Shown: piece by piece, positions 35,630 to 49,849 of the stretch
Numbering within the stretch: the first letter of the stretch is position 1
Layout: each line of letters begins with the position of its first letter
Assembly (NCBI GenBank): GCA_010093995.1
Contig: ML992501.1
Span: 764,227 to 828,226 of the forward strand
Direction of reading: 5' to 3'
DNA: 64,000 nt
Source of the DNA: Elsinoe ampelina
Taxonomy: Eukaryota
Program-made: the position numbers and the translations under genes
Notes under the pieces: generated by a model
Told to the model about the DNA's origin: nothing
The model's input: only the letters and a program-made list of their open reading frames with translations
The model's database searches: none

Positions 35630-38397
35630 TTATAACTAAAGAGTAGTTAATTGCCTTAGTAATAATTACTACTAAATGTCTACTTCCCCTAAAGCTATAA
35701 AGCCTTAGGTTGTTATACCTATAGGATATATAGTTATTAGATAGGTAGTATTACTTAATCTTTATAGACTATACCTTTATTAAAGGTAATATAAGGTAAT
35801 ATTAGAATCTTTCTCTTCTAGGCTTATTAAGTATAGTACTAATAGAGCATCTAGATAAGGTAGTTAGTTTTAGAGTTAGGCTATATTCTAATATGCTATC
35901 TAAGTAATGCTCTAGCTTAGAACTTATATAATTTAGAAATATATTAGTTATAGACATAGGCTCTATAGCTAAAGCGTCTAATATAAGTTAATAAGACTAG
36001 TCTATTATTATTAAGAAGATCTTTCTTTAGTTCTTATATAGGGATCTTCTTAGTTTTCGTATAAGTAATTCTATTACTAATATAGATTATAAACTCTACT
36101 AATAAGTACTAGAGTTTAAGGGGTGCTCTATAGTTAATAAAGATATATCTTATTCTAAGAATAATAGCTTTATTAGTAGCCTTAGACTCTCTATTTTAAT
36201 ATTAAGTATTAGGTGTAGAGATATTCTATCTCTAACTATTAAGTTAAATAGCTATTACTAGCTTATAGTTCTTAAATTTACTACCTCTATTAGAGATAAA
36301 GATAAATAATAGCTTATTATAGGCTATATAGTTCTTAGTGTAAATAGCCTTAATAGCTGCTAAGGTATTACTCTTTAGGAGAAGAATAGTAATAAACTTA
36401 TACTTACTTTTACTATATATTATAAAGAGAAGATACTTATAGCCTTTACTTAACTATAGCTTAATAGGACTAATAAGGTCTAGATAAAGCTTATCTAGTA
36501 AGTATTTTAGTAAATCCCTTAGCTCTCTTAATACTACTCTTTATACTTTTAATATAGTATATAGTTTATAGTAGCTAAGATCTAATATTTAAAGTTCTTC
36601 TAATCTAATAGCTTAACTTTTAGTAAGGGAGAGAATAGTGTTACTAATATAGCCTAACCTCTAGTACTATCTTTCTAATATTAGCTTTTAAGTAGTTATA
36701 ATAGCTAGATTTACTCTTATAGCCTATAGCTTCTATAGTTTTAGCCTTATAGGTAATTTCTTATAGTTCTAAGGCTTATAGACTTTAAAGTTCTTAAGCT
36801 ATTTAACTCTTTTAAAGTGTTTAATAAGGCTAACTTCCTTTCTATCCTTTATTAAGGATTTACTAACTATAAAGATACTAAGTTCCTCTTTATTCTAAAG
36901 ATTAAATATAAGAGTATTTAGTAATAATAGTAAGTATATATAATTATAAAGCTTAATAATTAACTTCTTACCTTTACTATTAGTTAGAGTAAGCCTAACT
37001 ATACTAACCTCTATATTAAGTAGTTTCTTTATACTAATAGCTTATTTAAATTTAAGAATACCTTTATATTCTTTAATTATTAAGAACTATAATCTGTCTT
37101 TAATAAAGTGCCTTAATATACTAGAGTTATAGATTACTCTATTTTAACTATATATTAATAATAATAATAATAATATAGATATAGCTACCTTAGTATAAAT
37201 TAATCTAATTATATTAATATTACTATTAGAGTACTTATCTAATTCTCCTACCTTAGTAGGTTCTCTAGATTCTTTAATAGTAGCTTAACTTTTAACTTTC
37301 TTAGTCCTTAACTTACTACCTCTACCTTTAGCTTTAGTGCCTTTATTATTTAACCTACCTTTGTTATTCCTCTTATTTTAATTCTTTAGTACTTTCTTAG
37401 AGTGCTACTTAAAATAATCTATATTAGAGTAGATATAATAAGTATACTAAGTATATTAATCCTTAATATAACTAGCTACTCTATAGATAGAGTTTAGATT
37501 AGTTCTTCTATTATATAGAGGCTTTTATATTCTAAAAGAGCCTATTATCTCTTTAAGACTCTTCTTATAGTTAAGGCTAGATCTCTAGCTCCTTAACTAT
37601 TTAGTAGTCTCTATTTCTATAATAAACATAGTCTTAATATAATATAGAGGGAGCTTAAACTTATCTAGTTTAGTACTAATAGTGCTTACTCTTTACTCTA
37701 TAGTAATAGTATATTAATAATAGTACTTTATAAAATCTTTATAGTACCTTTAGGTGTTATAACTTGTTATAACTACCTTATTAAGGTTATAGATAGCTAT
37801 ATATAGCTTATATAAAACAACAGGTTTAAATATAGCTTTAATAGTGTCTAGAAGTTCCTTTAAAGTCTTCTAAGTTATACTATAGTAAGGTCTAATAGAT
37901 TTATAAATCCTTATTATAATAATACTATAAGTAATTCTATTATTCTTATACTAGGTCTTATTTCTAACTTTATAGATTGTCTTAGTGCCTTTACTAGTAT
38001 TAGGGGCTAGTTCCTTAGGCTTTATAACTACTAGTATCTAGTTAATACTATAGATTATATATCTAAGTATATCCTTTTTAAGGAGGGCTACCTTAAGGGT
38101 TAATCTCTAAGTATTATAGTTGCTTTCTCTCTTAAGAATCTAAGTCTTAAGCATTTTTGCTAATCTAGACATAATAATAGTAATTAGCTAAAGGCCTATT
38201 AATTTAATTAATGTAATTAGCTTATTTAAGCTATTTAAGCTATTTAATTAAAGGGTTAATATAGGCTACTACAAGTGTTTGTCTTAATATAGCTAGTCTA
38301 GAATTTAGTGTAGGCAGCTTGTTAATCCTTTTTAATAATGACATACTTAATTTACTATAGCTTTAAGTGCTTTTAAAGAAGCGCCGGGCTTATAACC

Positions 38398-38538
38398 TGT
38401 TATAACTAGCAAATTGGATCGAGAGACGTGTGTTTCATTCAGTAAGTTACAATAACCGATTATCTACTGTGTGTGTGCTGACTCATCAGTACCAGTTCTT
38501 CAGTACCAGAGAAGCTGTACCAGTCCTCTATTACAACA
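38398..38538 (-). repeat. Copia 5' LTR (141 bp)
   Basis: Direct repeat of 24420-24560, followed by TSD GTGAT. Confidence 0.95.
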
Positions 38539-38755
38539 GTGATTCCCGCGGGCCGAAAAAAAGGGTCTGCGAAATGGAGGGGCCGAGGTCGACCGGTGGT
38601 CGAGATGCGAGGGTGCGCAGATGGGTCGGGCGGGTAGCGGCGGCTTTGGACATGGCATGTGAAGATGGGAGGAATGAGTGACTGCATAATCAAAGTATGT
38701 ACTGCTACTGCTGCCTTACCACGTATCCAATCTCGTCGCCATCCAAGCATCCTCG

Positions 38756-41700
38756 CTACCTGAGTGGACTCTTCCCCAGTCCGCCTGCCAGACCGACAAC
38801 CCTCTTCCCGGGCGTCCCTGGCGCGCTTGCCACCACCTGCGCCGGCGTCCCACTCCGCTCTTCCTCCCCCCTCTTCTGTTCTGCCTTCCATTGTGACGGG
38901 GCTTTGAATCCAACATCTCTCCCTCCGATCCAAATGTCATCGATAGTGGGCTCGACAATGCCCCTTTCATCAAGCTCCTTCCATTTCTCCCACAGTTTCA
39001 AGGCGGTCCTGGCATCTTCGACTGAGTCGTGGCCGTGTTCGCCTTCCTGAACCTCTTCGCGCAACAGGTACCATGCGAGAAAGCGCAGACTAAGCTTTCG
39101 TTGAGAGCGTACGCCGAGGGAGAAGAGCTCGATGGTGTCAATGACTTGCGCCTTCGGAACGTGAATGTTGATGGTGCGAAAGTCTTTGGCCAGACCGTGA
39201 CCAACGAAGACAACACCGAGATTCAAGAGCAGCCAAAGCTTTTTGTAGGCTGCTTTGAGCGAGACAAGATTGTGCTTGCTCACGCTGCGATCGAGGTCTC
39301 CAGGGGAGATGCCGGAGTAGGCTGTTAGATAGTCGACAACTGGTTCGTTGATGGCTATGTAGTCGTCAATGAATGGTAAACCGGTATCGCTGCCGGCACC
39401 TCGAAGCACAGAGACACGAGCAAGTCCGAGACGTGGCGGACGGATCGTTTCGCGTGTGCCGTCTGCCTTGAGGTCGATCTCCGCTTTTGAGAGTGCCACA
39501 AACTCAGCGTCGATCGCCATGGGCTGCATCGGCAACGGTGTCTCGACAGCGGGAGCCAATGGCCTCAGCTGATCCGTCGGAGGACTCTTGTGTGGACCTC
39601 GAGGCAAGTGATACAGCAATGTCGGGTCCAACGACGCCTTCCAGCTATCATCAATAACCTTGCTGGCGGACTTGACCTGGTATGCAAGTACAGACGGAAG
39701 CTTCCACGTCGCATCGAAGTGCAGCGCATCAGATGGCGAAATTTGTCGGACAAGGAAATCGTTGAAAAGATGCCAGGAATCGATGTCCTTAGGATTCCGA
39801 CAAGAAGGGGACACGTTGATACAGGAAACCAAGTGACTAGACTGGTTCTCCCCAGCGTGAATGTCGGCTACAAATCCAATGAGTTCATAGACCGTGATAT
39901 TATACACTCCTCTCTGAATGTGCAATCGAAGATCTTGTCCTTCGTAGATGTAGACCTGTCGATCACCATTGATGATGACGCCAATCTCTTGTGGCAGCCA
40001 GTTCGGAGAGGCCCAAAGCTGTCGTTGGTCGAGAGTATGAATGGCTGCATTGATCATCATGACCTTTGGTAATGCCTGAATCGACTTCTTGGTATTGAGC
40101 TGCTGGTATCGTTTGCATCGATCGCACCAGCCGCGACTTGATTCCTGCCGTTCGATACTGGCTTTGAGGATGTGAGAGAAAGTGTGCCTAAGCTGACGAG
40201 GATGATGCTTCGGCGACTTTGGTGGGTACACAAGATCATGGACGATCGTGTCACCAGGCTTGAGCATCTCGTTGCCGCAATGACCGCATCTGATGGCCAT
40301 GACAGCTGCCGTAGTAAGGGCATGCTCCAGTGCAAGAGGATAACCAGGGATTCTCTTATAGCTTTCCGAGAAGGCTCGTAGAAAGTACCTGTTCGCTGCC
40401 TGTATCATGACTGTCAGCGGATTGTTGTGGGCGTGATCTTCAAGCAGGCCAAGCGTAGCTGTTTCCGGCAGGCTGCTGTACACTTTTAAAAAGTTGCTGG
40501 CTTGACAGTTCATACCTCCGGCCTTCTCAAGCATGTCGGTCAAGAAGCCCATCTCGCACAGCAAGCAGGGTTCATATAGACATGATGTAGCCGTGTGGTG
40601 GAGAACAAAATTTCGCATGACTGGAATGAATCGTAGAAGCTGCAGAAGAGGGTTTGCGTAAGAATTGCTGATGTGTGTTTCCAAGCCGGAGTACTTGGTT
40701 TTGTTGAAGTATCTGGAAGTGTCGTCAGCGATACCAGTGTGGTATGATTGAATGAAACATACTCAAAATCAAAGTCGTCGACACCAAATTTACTATACTT
40801 GATCTCGACATTCTTGTAGATGACCGGTACATCACGCCTAGAGTTGCTCTCGAGATTCATGCCGGCAAGGAATTCCAGAGCGTCGCTTATTCGCCTTTCG
40901 CCATTATGTCGCACACCTTCTTCTTTGGCATCTCTTGCTTTCTCGCTCAAGAATTTGGGAGCCGCTAATGTGTCTTGCGCTCTCTGTACGGCACGAGTGT
41001 CCTCAACTTGGTATCGTCGAGTCTTCTGTGGCCATGGCGCATAGCCACCCATATCGGCCCGCTTCAGGGAAGCCACAATCTTGGGGTCAATCTTTGCAGG
41101 CGGTGCGCCAACTTCGTGAACAAGATGTGATGGCCAGGCGGAGAAGAGAGTGTCGCGGTAGTAAGGCATGCCAACCAAGTTCAGAGGGCTGTCATGGTCA
41201 GTACAGATGTCAGGATAGAGCACAGGGACTCACATCTCGGGCGACCAGTCGATCGGAGGTACAGGCTGGGCAGAATCCGCAAAGGCCGTTGGGTTGCTGT
41301 ATTCTGTGAATTGGACCTTGTTCGGTGAACCCCAGAGGTGTATGGCACATTGTGCATCTGCTATTGCAATAGCCTCTCCGGAAGGTGCAAGATCGAGAGT
41401 CAGTAGATGTGTATCATAGAGATTTGCATGCTTGACTTTTGCATTGTCGGGATTCATGATGTCGATGGCGTACATGAGTCCAGTCTGAGAAGCGACGATA
41501 CAGGTCGTTGACATTCGGGGGTGCATTCGTACAAAAGCTGCGCCAGGCGGGAATGGTACAGGTGGTAGAGGTGTCATGTTTTTGAGGTCAAAGACATTGG
41601 CGAGATGATCTAGCATGAAGCCGTGCTGCTGGCGCGGCGACCAACCACAAGTGACCAAGATCTCGGACCGTACGTCCATGTCATTGATCCATCCAGAGTG

Positions 41701-42474
41701 GGCTTTCCAGGCACGGACAATCTTGAAGGTATTCGGATCCAAGATGTGGACATTTCCGTCAGCCCCGGCAGCACAAATGTGTTGGCCGCCTCGTCTCATC
41801 AGAGTGTAAGCACCCTCGGCTGGCAGCTAAATCTGCTCAGCACCGAGTCGGCAGTCAATCTATGGTTACTCACAGTCTCGAGGATGGCCCCCTTGTCGAC
41901 GTCAATCCGAAACATCTGTGCCTGGCATCCAGCTACAATGATCTCGCCCGTTCCCTTGGTCGTGAAACTCATGCAGCGCAGATCAGTCATGTCGGGCTCG
42001 CTGAAGCGTGATCAGCTCATTAGATTACGGCGTATAGGTCTCGGACGTACCTTAAATGCCATTGAGCAACACCCTTTCGTGAGGAAAGATGGACACTCTT
42101 CGACGACACCGACAGAATACCTTTGTCGCAGACCAGAAATTGCTTGACCGGGCCCTCAGAGGACGGGTGACCTCGATAGGAGGTGTATTTCTGCAACTCA
42201 TTGCTGTAGAACGAAGTGACTCGGCCCTTGGGACCTTGTTAGCTTTTGTTCATCATAGCATCGGCAAAGACGTACATATTCGTTGCCGGTCCACAACAGC
42301 TCTTGGGTGTTGTCGAATACCAAAGCGCTGACGGGTGTATGCAATGCGTTTGGGCCTGGAGGCGGCAGCAAGATCCTCGCGACCTGTCGCGATCAGCATC
42401 GACATCTTCTGTTGACTGTGCTATGAGTTGATTCCCATCGACACAGTTCTTACCTCATCCCAATCAGCTTCCAT
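38756..42474 (-). CDS. PAN2: PAN2-PAN3 deadenylase catalytic subunit Pan2 (WD40 - inactive UCH - DEDD exonuclease), multi-exon
   Basis: Starts MEADWDE|intron. WD40 region (AHSGWINDMDV..VTCGWS), IKYSKFGVDDFDF, GLETHISNSYANPLLQ, and AIDAEFV..FVGHGLAKDFRTINI..HDSVEDARTAL. Confidence 0.95.
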
Positions 42475-42830
42475 AGTACAGTGTCAGCGGTGTCCGCATG
42501 GCTCGCATCAGGATTCGGAATCAGTCGTGTCAACCAAACGCAAAGAGACGGAGGTCCTCAAGGTCATGATGAAAATTATCGCATTGTCCAGGCCGAGATA
42601 TGAATATAGTACAAGAATGTGCTGGACTCGAGTACAAAGAGATGTCGCGACCCGAGAAGAGCGACAGCCAGACTGTTGAGGTGAGACAGAACAGGACGTG
42701 GGGAAGCCAGAAGCCAGAAGCTGACTTGACAAAGTTGACATCACACAACCATGTTGCAAAGTACAAATTGGAAAGAATTCATCGCATCATTCGTGATGCA
42801 TTTGGGTATCATGACTTGTCACAGATTAGA

Positions 42831-44620
42831 CTAGACTGCTCTGCTGCGCGTTCTGCGCATGCCAACTCCGCCGACCTCACTGGCGCCCATCTCGCTCCCA
42901 CCTAAACTCGTCTGTCTGGACATGGGTATGCCAGCACCGAAAGCAGCGGCGAATCCGGAGTACCCGGCAGCTGCGGCTGCGGCAGGACCAGCTGTACCAT
43001 CTCTGATACCATTGGGGATACTTGCCGGATCTGCAAACCCAATTGCTGCGGGTCTGTTCACGCCCTCCTTGATCATAGCTGGCCCAATGTCTGTCAACGG
43101 AATCCTGAAGGGCTGGGAAGTCATCGGCTCTCTACATGCCTGCTCGAGGAACATGTTTCGCGCTTCGCTGACATTAATGTCTTTCTGATCCGTCGCCACA
43201 TCCTCTCCTGCTGGTCGCGCCACGTATCCTGCTGGAACTGTTTCTGTATCCTCTCCATTGATGATAGCCAGGTCCATCATAATGTCGCGAGAGGTGGCGC
43301 CAGGTGGGGTGGGCGCTCCCTTGTCAGTCTTAGTGATAGGGATCATTACCGGTAAGAACGGATTGACCACGGGCTCGGTAGTGGCGATGGCAGCTGCAGC
43401 ATCCGACAGGAAGGACAGAGGATTGGCTCGCGTTGCACCTCTAGTGGCATAATTAGAGACCTGTCTTTCCATTCCAACCGCCTCTGGCTGCGAGGCTGAC
43501 GGAGGAGAAGCCGGCCGCTCGACTGGTTCTGTGGACATCACGCCTTCCATAGCATCTGCCGGACCCTCCACACTTGATGTCGCCGGCTTGCCGTTCGTCT
43601 GCGTTGTGGCCGAATTCTGCTCCTGACTCGGCGTCTGCTGCTGGTTGAAGAAGTGATGCGTCGCAAATTGAGCCACACTCGTCGCATGCGCCAATTCCTT
43701 CTCGGTGAAGATGCTCTCGATTGAATATGCAGGAGCTTCTTGCTGAGTTCGCAGTGCTTTGGCCTTGTGTTCTTGATACGGAGAGTATGCTCCGCTACCG
43801 TCTTGTGTGCCTGGCCTGTAGCCGGGGATTGGCGAATCATTGCCGTCTTCTTCGCCTGCCTTTCTCTTGCGTCCACGCTCAGCCTCCTCATCACCCAGCC
43901 TGTGCCTCGTGTGCCTTGTCTTACGATTGCTGTGTTGTCCTCCTGGACTGGCTGGCGCATTCATTGTGTAGTGGCTCGGGTGCAATAATAGGGAATTGCT
44001 GTCAGCGATGTCAAGCTGTTCCTTCTCCCTCATCAGTCGATCTCGCTTTTTGGTGACGGTATTGATCAGGCGCTGTCGGATGGTCGACGAGAGCTCGACG
44101 TGCTCCCTTTGAGCAACTTGAATTTTGTATGCGTTGGTTCGTTCGAGCTCGGCATTGGCATTATCATATTGGTTCTTGAAAAATATTAGCGCTTCAGAAA
44201 CGGCGTTGAATGGTTTCTGCTGACCTTGAGCAAGGTGAGATTTGCGTCTCGAGTTTCTTGCGCCTTGTTGATCTCCTGGCAATACTCGAAATACCTCTTC
44301 CCGGCGAGCGCAACAAAGTCTTCTTTTGCAGGCTTTCCACCGGGGATGCTACCACCAGTCAAAGCCTCGATGAGCTCTTCAATGTGCTGTGGGCTGTCGT
44401 CAAGTGGTGTGTTCTCATAAGGGTCGGCGCGTAAGATCAAGGTCATGTCCACCTGTATCGCCTGAAGCTGTGCTCGGTAATGCTGCGTCTGGTCTTTGCT
44501 GAAAGTTTGTATCATGTCGCCGAGCTTCTCCACAATGTTCTTCCTACGCTTCTCTCGTTTGCTCATTTGCGTGGCTGGTGGTGACGGCGACCTAGCCATT
44601 GGGGAGCTGGGTCGGACCAT
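42831..44620 (-). CDS. SDS3: Sds3-like subunit of the Rpd3L histone deacetylase complex, 2 exons
   Basis: SKREKRRKNIVEKL..HYRAQLQAIQVDMTLILRADPY, a GTCAGC..CTAAT..AAG intron joining ORFs 44186-44698 and 42831-44282, and coiled coil KKRDRLMREKEQLDIADS. Confidence 0.8.
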
Positions 44621-45853
44621 AGCTGCGACCAGATCTGATTGCAGGGTCTGTATCGATCGATTGCTATGGAGACATGTATCCGAGCTACTCCAACGCACTC
44701 GTAAGTGGTGCTCGAGGTGAGTGTAGTGGTGCAGAAAGTGATGCTGTTGACGAAGCGCGCCGGTACGTGAAGGATGCTGGAATAAGAGTGTATTTTCAGC
44801 TGGCGCGACCGGACCAACTACTCAGGTAGGGAGCTGGCTTCTCAGGCTATGATTAGCTGACGGCCTTTGTCTGGTTTACCAAAGGAAAAATGTGCGCAAT
44901 CGTCACAAGATCTGGTAGGATGGAGCTTGCGGAGATGTTGCGGCTCAAGTTCGGCATCTTCGGGTGATCATTCCGACGTCTTGGCTTGGCACTCGGTCCA
45001 CAAAACGACGTGTCACCGAAAAAGCTGGAACAGAGCTCCGTCTGACAAAGGGCAGCTCCATCAAGAAGCTTTCTTGTCTTCATCTCGCCAAACTTGGTGT
45101 GCTTCTCTGATATGAAGGCTGGGATTTCAGGCCCTCGCTCCACTTACTCTTCGACGTTGTTTTCTTGTTGCAAGGTGTCGAGCATAAGCAGCAAACACTT
45201 CTCACCTACCAGATCCTCAGCAGGAGTGTCTATGCTGGATATGTCAGAGAGACAGGCAGCTCTGGTCTCGACAGTGTCTCGTTTGACACAAGGTGTGACC
45301 CCAACTACATCTAATTTACCCCTCCGGAGCATTTATGGAGATGCGGGCGAGTTTATATGAATCTGCCTACCAAATTTCCATTTTGCGTTAGCCACGGACA
45401 ATCTGTCTGGGGTTTTCTACACATGATGCCCGCAGTGATCGACAACCGGCCGCCTTCCGTCATGACACGCGGGACCCTGACGCGCCAGGTACGCCCATTT
45501 TCATTGCTTGTCTGCTTGCTTGCCGCCGCCGAACTGGTCGTGATCTGTCTAGCGATACTCTTGGTAAGCGGGGATATGCTCGACCTACAATTTCTCCGCC
45601 CAATAGACACTGGTATTCTCCCTTCCGGACTCTATTCGGACTCGTGGGTCTCTGTCAAAGCAGGGCCATTAGCCTAATCTATTGTGAGCGATGCAGGGTC
45701 AAATTTTTTGAGCATGATCAGATGGAGAAGGTCTTGATGTCGAATGGACTCTTTGAGATGCTAGGTCGGGACCTATAAGACAGCACGGGACGTATTTCCA
45801 TTTTCTGTACCTTTTCTGCACACCTCTGTCTTTCATCTTTTTGCGGCGCCAAA

Positions 45854-48361
45854 ATGGTCAGACCCCATCTTGCTATTGCCGCCCTTGCGGCCTCAGTGGC
45901 GGGCCAAAATGGCACAAACTCGACCTTCCCCTACAAGAACCCCAATCTGCCAGTAGAGGAGAGAATCAGTGATCTCCTCGGCCGTATGACGATTCAGGAG
46001 AAGACAGCTCAGCTCCTTCAAGGCGATGTACGAAACTGGATCAACGAGTCGACTGGAGCAATCAACCAGACCGGTCTCGAGGACAGCATGACCAACAAGG
46101 CTGGCAGCTTCTACGTTGGCATCGCGGTCACTTGGGACGTCCTTCTCAAGGGCATTGAGACCGGCCAACGTTACCTGATGGAGGAGACGAGATTGGGTAT
46201 CCCGGCATTCGTGCAAACCGAAGCCATTCACGGCTTCCTGGTATCGAACGCGACAATCTTCAACAGCCCGATCGCCTTCGCTTGTGCGTTCAACCGGAAC
46301 TTGACGAGGCGTATGGCGGAGGTCATTGGTATCGAGGCTGCTGCTATGGGTACCAACCAGATGTTCGCCCCCGTGGTCGATCTTGCCCGTGAGCTTAGGT
46401 TCGGTAGAGTAGAGGAAACATACGGAGAGGGTCCGTGATCGTTCACAATGCTTGAAGACCTAGTCTGACATCACTAGATGAGTACCTTGCTGGAGAAATG
46501 GGCTACAACTACGTTGTCGGCTTGCAGAGCCAGAACGTCAGCGCCATGGTCAAGCACTTTGCTGGTCAGTACCATCGACATTTCAGCTTCATAACCCTGA
46601 TGTGAGCAGGCTTTTCCAACCCCGAACAGGGTATCAATACCGCGCCTGTGCATGGTGGAGAGCGTGAACTTCGCACAACCTGGCTTCCTTCCTTCAAGAG
46701 AGCCATCATCGACGGTGGAGCCTACTCGATCATGAGCGCCTACCACAGCTATGACGGCATTCCATCCCCAGCCGATCACCATATGCTCACCGAGATTCTC
46801 CGTGAAGAGTGGGGATACAAATATTTCGTCATGTCCGACGCCGGTGGCACCGATCGACTCTTCAACAACTTCCGCACCTGCGCGGTGCAGGATGCAAAGT
46901 GCGTGACCCAACAATGTCTCACAGCCGGCAACGACGTCGAGATGGGCGGCGGCAGCTTTAATTTCCGTGTCATCCCCGAGATGGTTGAAAGTGGCGCCCT
47001 CGACATCGCTGTTGTCGACGAGGCCGTCTCCCGCTTCCTCCGGGCCAAATTCGAACTCGGCCTGTTCGAAAACCCCTTGACTATGCTCGAGGGCGACCTG
47101 AAGAACAAAACCATCAACACGCAAGAATTCAAGGACCTCGCACGCGAACTTGACCGCGAGTCTATTGTTCTCATGCAGAACCCCAGCAAGACCCTACCCC
47201 TCAGCAAGTCCAGCAAGGTTGCTGTCGTCGGTCCCTTTGCGTCAGGCTTCATGAACTATGGCGACTACGTCGTCTACCAGAGCCAGTACCGCGGCATCGA
47301 GTACCTTCAGGGCATCCAGGAGGCTGTCGACGACGCCAGCCAGGTAACCTACGCCAAAGGCTGCGACAGGTGGAGTACCGACGAATCCGGCTTCCAAGAA
47401 GCCCTCGATGTGTCCAACGCAGCCGACGTCACCGTGCTCATCGTCGGCACTTGGTCCCGCGACCAGAACGAGCTCTGGCAAGGTCTCAATGCCACCACCG
47501 GCGAACACGTCGATGTCGTAAGTTAAACTCCCTAGTCACCTTTCTCCCTTTATCTCCACTTGTTCCCCCCGTCTTGGACTCTCTGAACCACCACTAATTC
47601 CCCTCTAGGCAGATCTCAACCTCGTCGGCGCCCAACGCAATCTCGCTCTCCAACTCGCCGCCACGGGCAAACCCCTCGTCATCGTCTCCTCCAGCGGAAA
47701 GCCAATTACTGAGGTTTGGATTTCGAATTCTTCCGCCAGTTTCATTCAACATTTCTATCCTGGCGAACAAGGCGGGCACGCCCTCGCCGACATCCTCTTC
47801 GGCGACCACTCGCCCTCCGGCAAACTCTCGGTATCATTCCCGCGCGACGTGGGCACCCTGCCCATCTACTACGACTACCTCAACAGCGCGAGGAGCGTGG
47901 ATGCCGGCGGGGTGAACGCCGACGGGAGCCTGAACTTTGGCCACCAGTACGTGCTTAACTCTCCGCTGGCTTGGTTCCCCTTCGGGCATGGGTTGAGTTA
48001 CACCGAGTGGGAGTACAGCAACGTCACGCTTTCTTCCACGACGGTGGGAGCGAGGGATAAAGTGACTGCCACTGTGACGGTGCGTAACACAGGGGATAGG
48101 GATGGTATGGAGGTTGTGCAGGTTTATATCAAGGATGTGGTGAGTAGTGTTGTGGTGCCGAACATGAAGCTGAGGGGGTTTGAGAAGGTGTTGATTCCTG
48201 CTGGGGAGAGTAGGGATGTGAGTGTCGAGTTGGATGTTTATGAGAGTTGTGGGTTGTGGGATCGGAAGTTGCAGTATGTGGTTGAGCCGGGTGAGTTTCA
48301 GGTGTTGGTGGGGACGTCGAGTGCGGATATTAGGGCGAGGGGGAGCTTTACTGTTGCTTAG
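45854..48361 (+). CDS. Secreted GH3 beta-glucosidase/xylosidase with Fn3-like C-terminus, 4 exons
   Basis: Signal peptide, RLGIPAFVQTEAIHG, APVVDLARELRFGRVEETYGED, KHFAG, IMSAYHSYDG, FVMSDAG nucleophile region, FPFGHGLSYT, EVVQVYIKD..LRGFEKV. Confidence 0.95.
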
Positions 48362-49849
48362 ATGGTAGGGGAAACGATTAGGACTGAATGGATGCCTGTG
48401 ATATTTGACGGCATGAATTACTACCACAATCTGCATCCTTCGCTACTGTGACATGTGGCTACCTAAATAACGGTAGGGACGAGTAAGAACTATCGTTTGC
48501 GTGCAGGTTGTCGTTCACTCGATCATCTTGGCACTTGTGTTTTTGTTGTTAAGCAACGAAGCTTCGATATCCGTAGGAAGAAATCGGCCCTTTGAGCGGT
48601 GGTCTTGCCTTGTCGGCCGATACATACCAGTGGGAGCAGAATCTCCGAGGGTTGACTGGAATGTGTTCAAACAGAGAAGAGCGTGGGTGAAATGAAAGCG
48701 TGGGGGACGTTTGGCAAAGTCAGTGCCTAATGCACGCTCCGACGTGTTCATGTTCGACGACAGTACAGCACAGTACGATAGACAATTTAGAATAGCGATG
48801 GCGATACAATAACGGCAACAGGTGAGAGACTGATTGGCCAGTCTCAAAAAAGACGAGACGAGGACCGATCTCTGGTTGGACGCCTTGTTGTGCTGACATG
48901 CATGCACAATGATGATGCGTGTGGCCCCTGGGCAGTGACACTTGCCGGCCGGCCGGCTTGCTCAATACTGTGTCGTTCATCGAGAACAAGGGGCTACGAA
49001 GGATGGGTGCGACGAGGTGATCAGAGAGGGTGTTGTATTGACCACGCACGCTGCCATTATGGTGGGGTATGGTCCGCTGAGATGGGGGCGACCAGGATCA
49101 TCACCTGTTGTGCAGTGAAAGATGAGATCTGTCTGCACGATAAAATGCCGGAACGATGGGTAAGGGGATAGGAGAATGACCTCGTGACTCACTGACCTCA
49201 GCTGGAATGAACAAACAGATGATCGAATCGTATGCAACATGAGTCGGACCTGCATGAAGAGTGAGCAAAGGGAACACATCCAAGCCTCCACCGAGTCCAC
49301 CGAAAGCAACAAAAGCACAGCCAGAAAAAACACCGCCAGTGCTTTTTCCCCCGTTTGCATCCCAAAGGAGCCAGCGGTGGCCGCGGACGGGAGCCCGGGA
49401 CCAATGGACCTCTCACTGGGCCTAGGTTTTTGGTGGTTGGCTGCCCCCACAAGGCTGCAGCAGTGCCTAGCAATGCCTGGCAATGCCTCTCCCGTTTCAC
49501 ACTAACCTCCAGCTGTGCCTACTTTCCTTCCCTTCTTTTCTCTCGTTACTGTACCATACAAACAGAGGCATGAGCCACATCCGTCTTGACTCACTGCCTG
49601 CACAAGGTCATGCCGTCGTGGCTCGAGCGCCCGTCTGACGTCCGTTGTGCATCCCTGTCGGTCTCCCTTGTTGCCTAGTGTCATGAGAGTCCTCCAAAAG
49701 GCAGAAAAGCATATCTGTCAGGCAAGTCTAACTTATATCCCTTGCCTTTGCTACGTTTCATATCTAGCCTCTTCATTCCACCAAGGCTTGTCTTCTCCTT
49801 CAACATCATCTATCTTCAACCAAGGTTCCCGTCATCATTCATCCCTATC

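Larger units (their letters stand above)
24420..38538 (-). mobile_element. Full-length Ty1/Copia LTR retrotransposon, RIP-inactivated, interrupted by a nested Gypsy
   Basis: 141-bp TG..CA LTRs and 5-bp TSD GTGAT (24415-24419 / 38539-38543). On the minus strand: ggttataagccc after the 5' LTR and PPT agagggggag before the 3' LTR. Degenerate RYKARW.RGF.Q (~27650), YVDD-like tat-att-aat-aac (~27275) and ADILTKP-like (~26380) motifs in Copia order. Confidence 0.93.

Noticed and set aside
37156..37176. (AAT)n microsatellite
   Set aside because: Short, lies within the RIPed Copia coding region, and is most likely a mutated low-complexity codon run.
24560..38397. AT-rich block as organellar insertion, contamination or horizontally acquired DNA
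   Set aside because: LTRs, TSDs, pol motifs and TpA excess identify it as RIP-mutated retrotransposons.
23000..42474. ECM31 (panB) next to PAN2 as a pantothenate cluster
   Set aside because: Name coincidence: PAN2 is the poly(A) nuclease and is unrelated to pantothenate synthesis.
44853..45332. Two consecutive same-frame minus-strand ORFs separated by one TAA upstream of SDS3
   Set aside because: No recognisable motif or splice structure; cannot be supported as a gene or pseudogene without a homology search.
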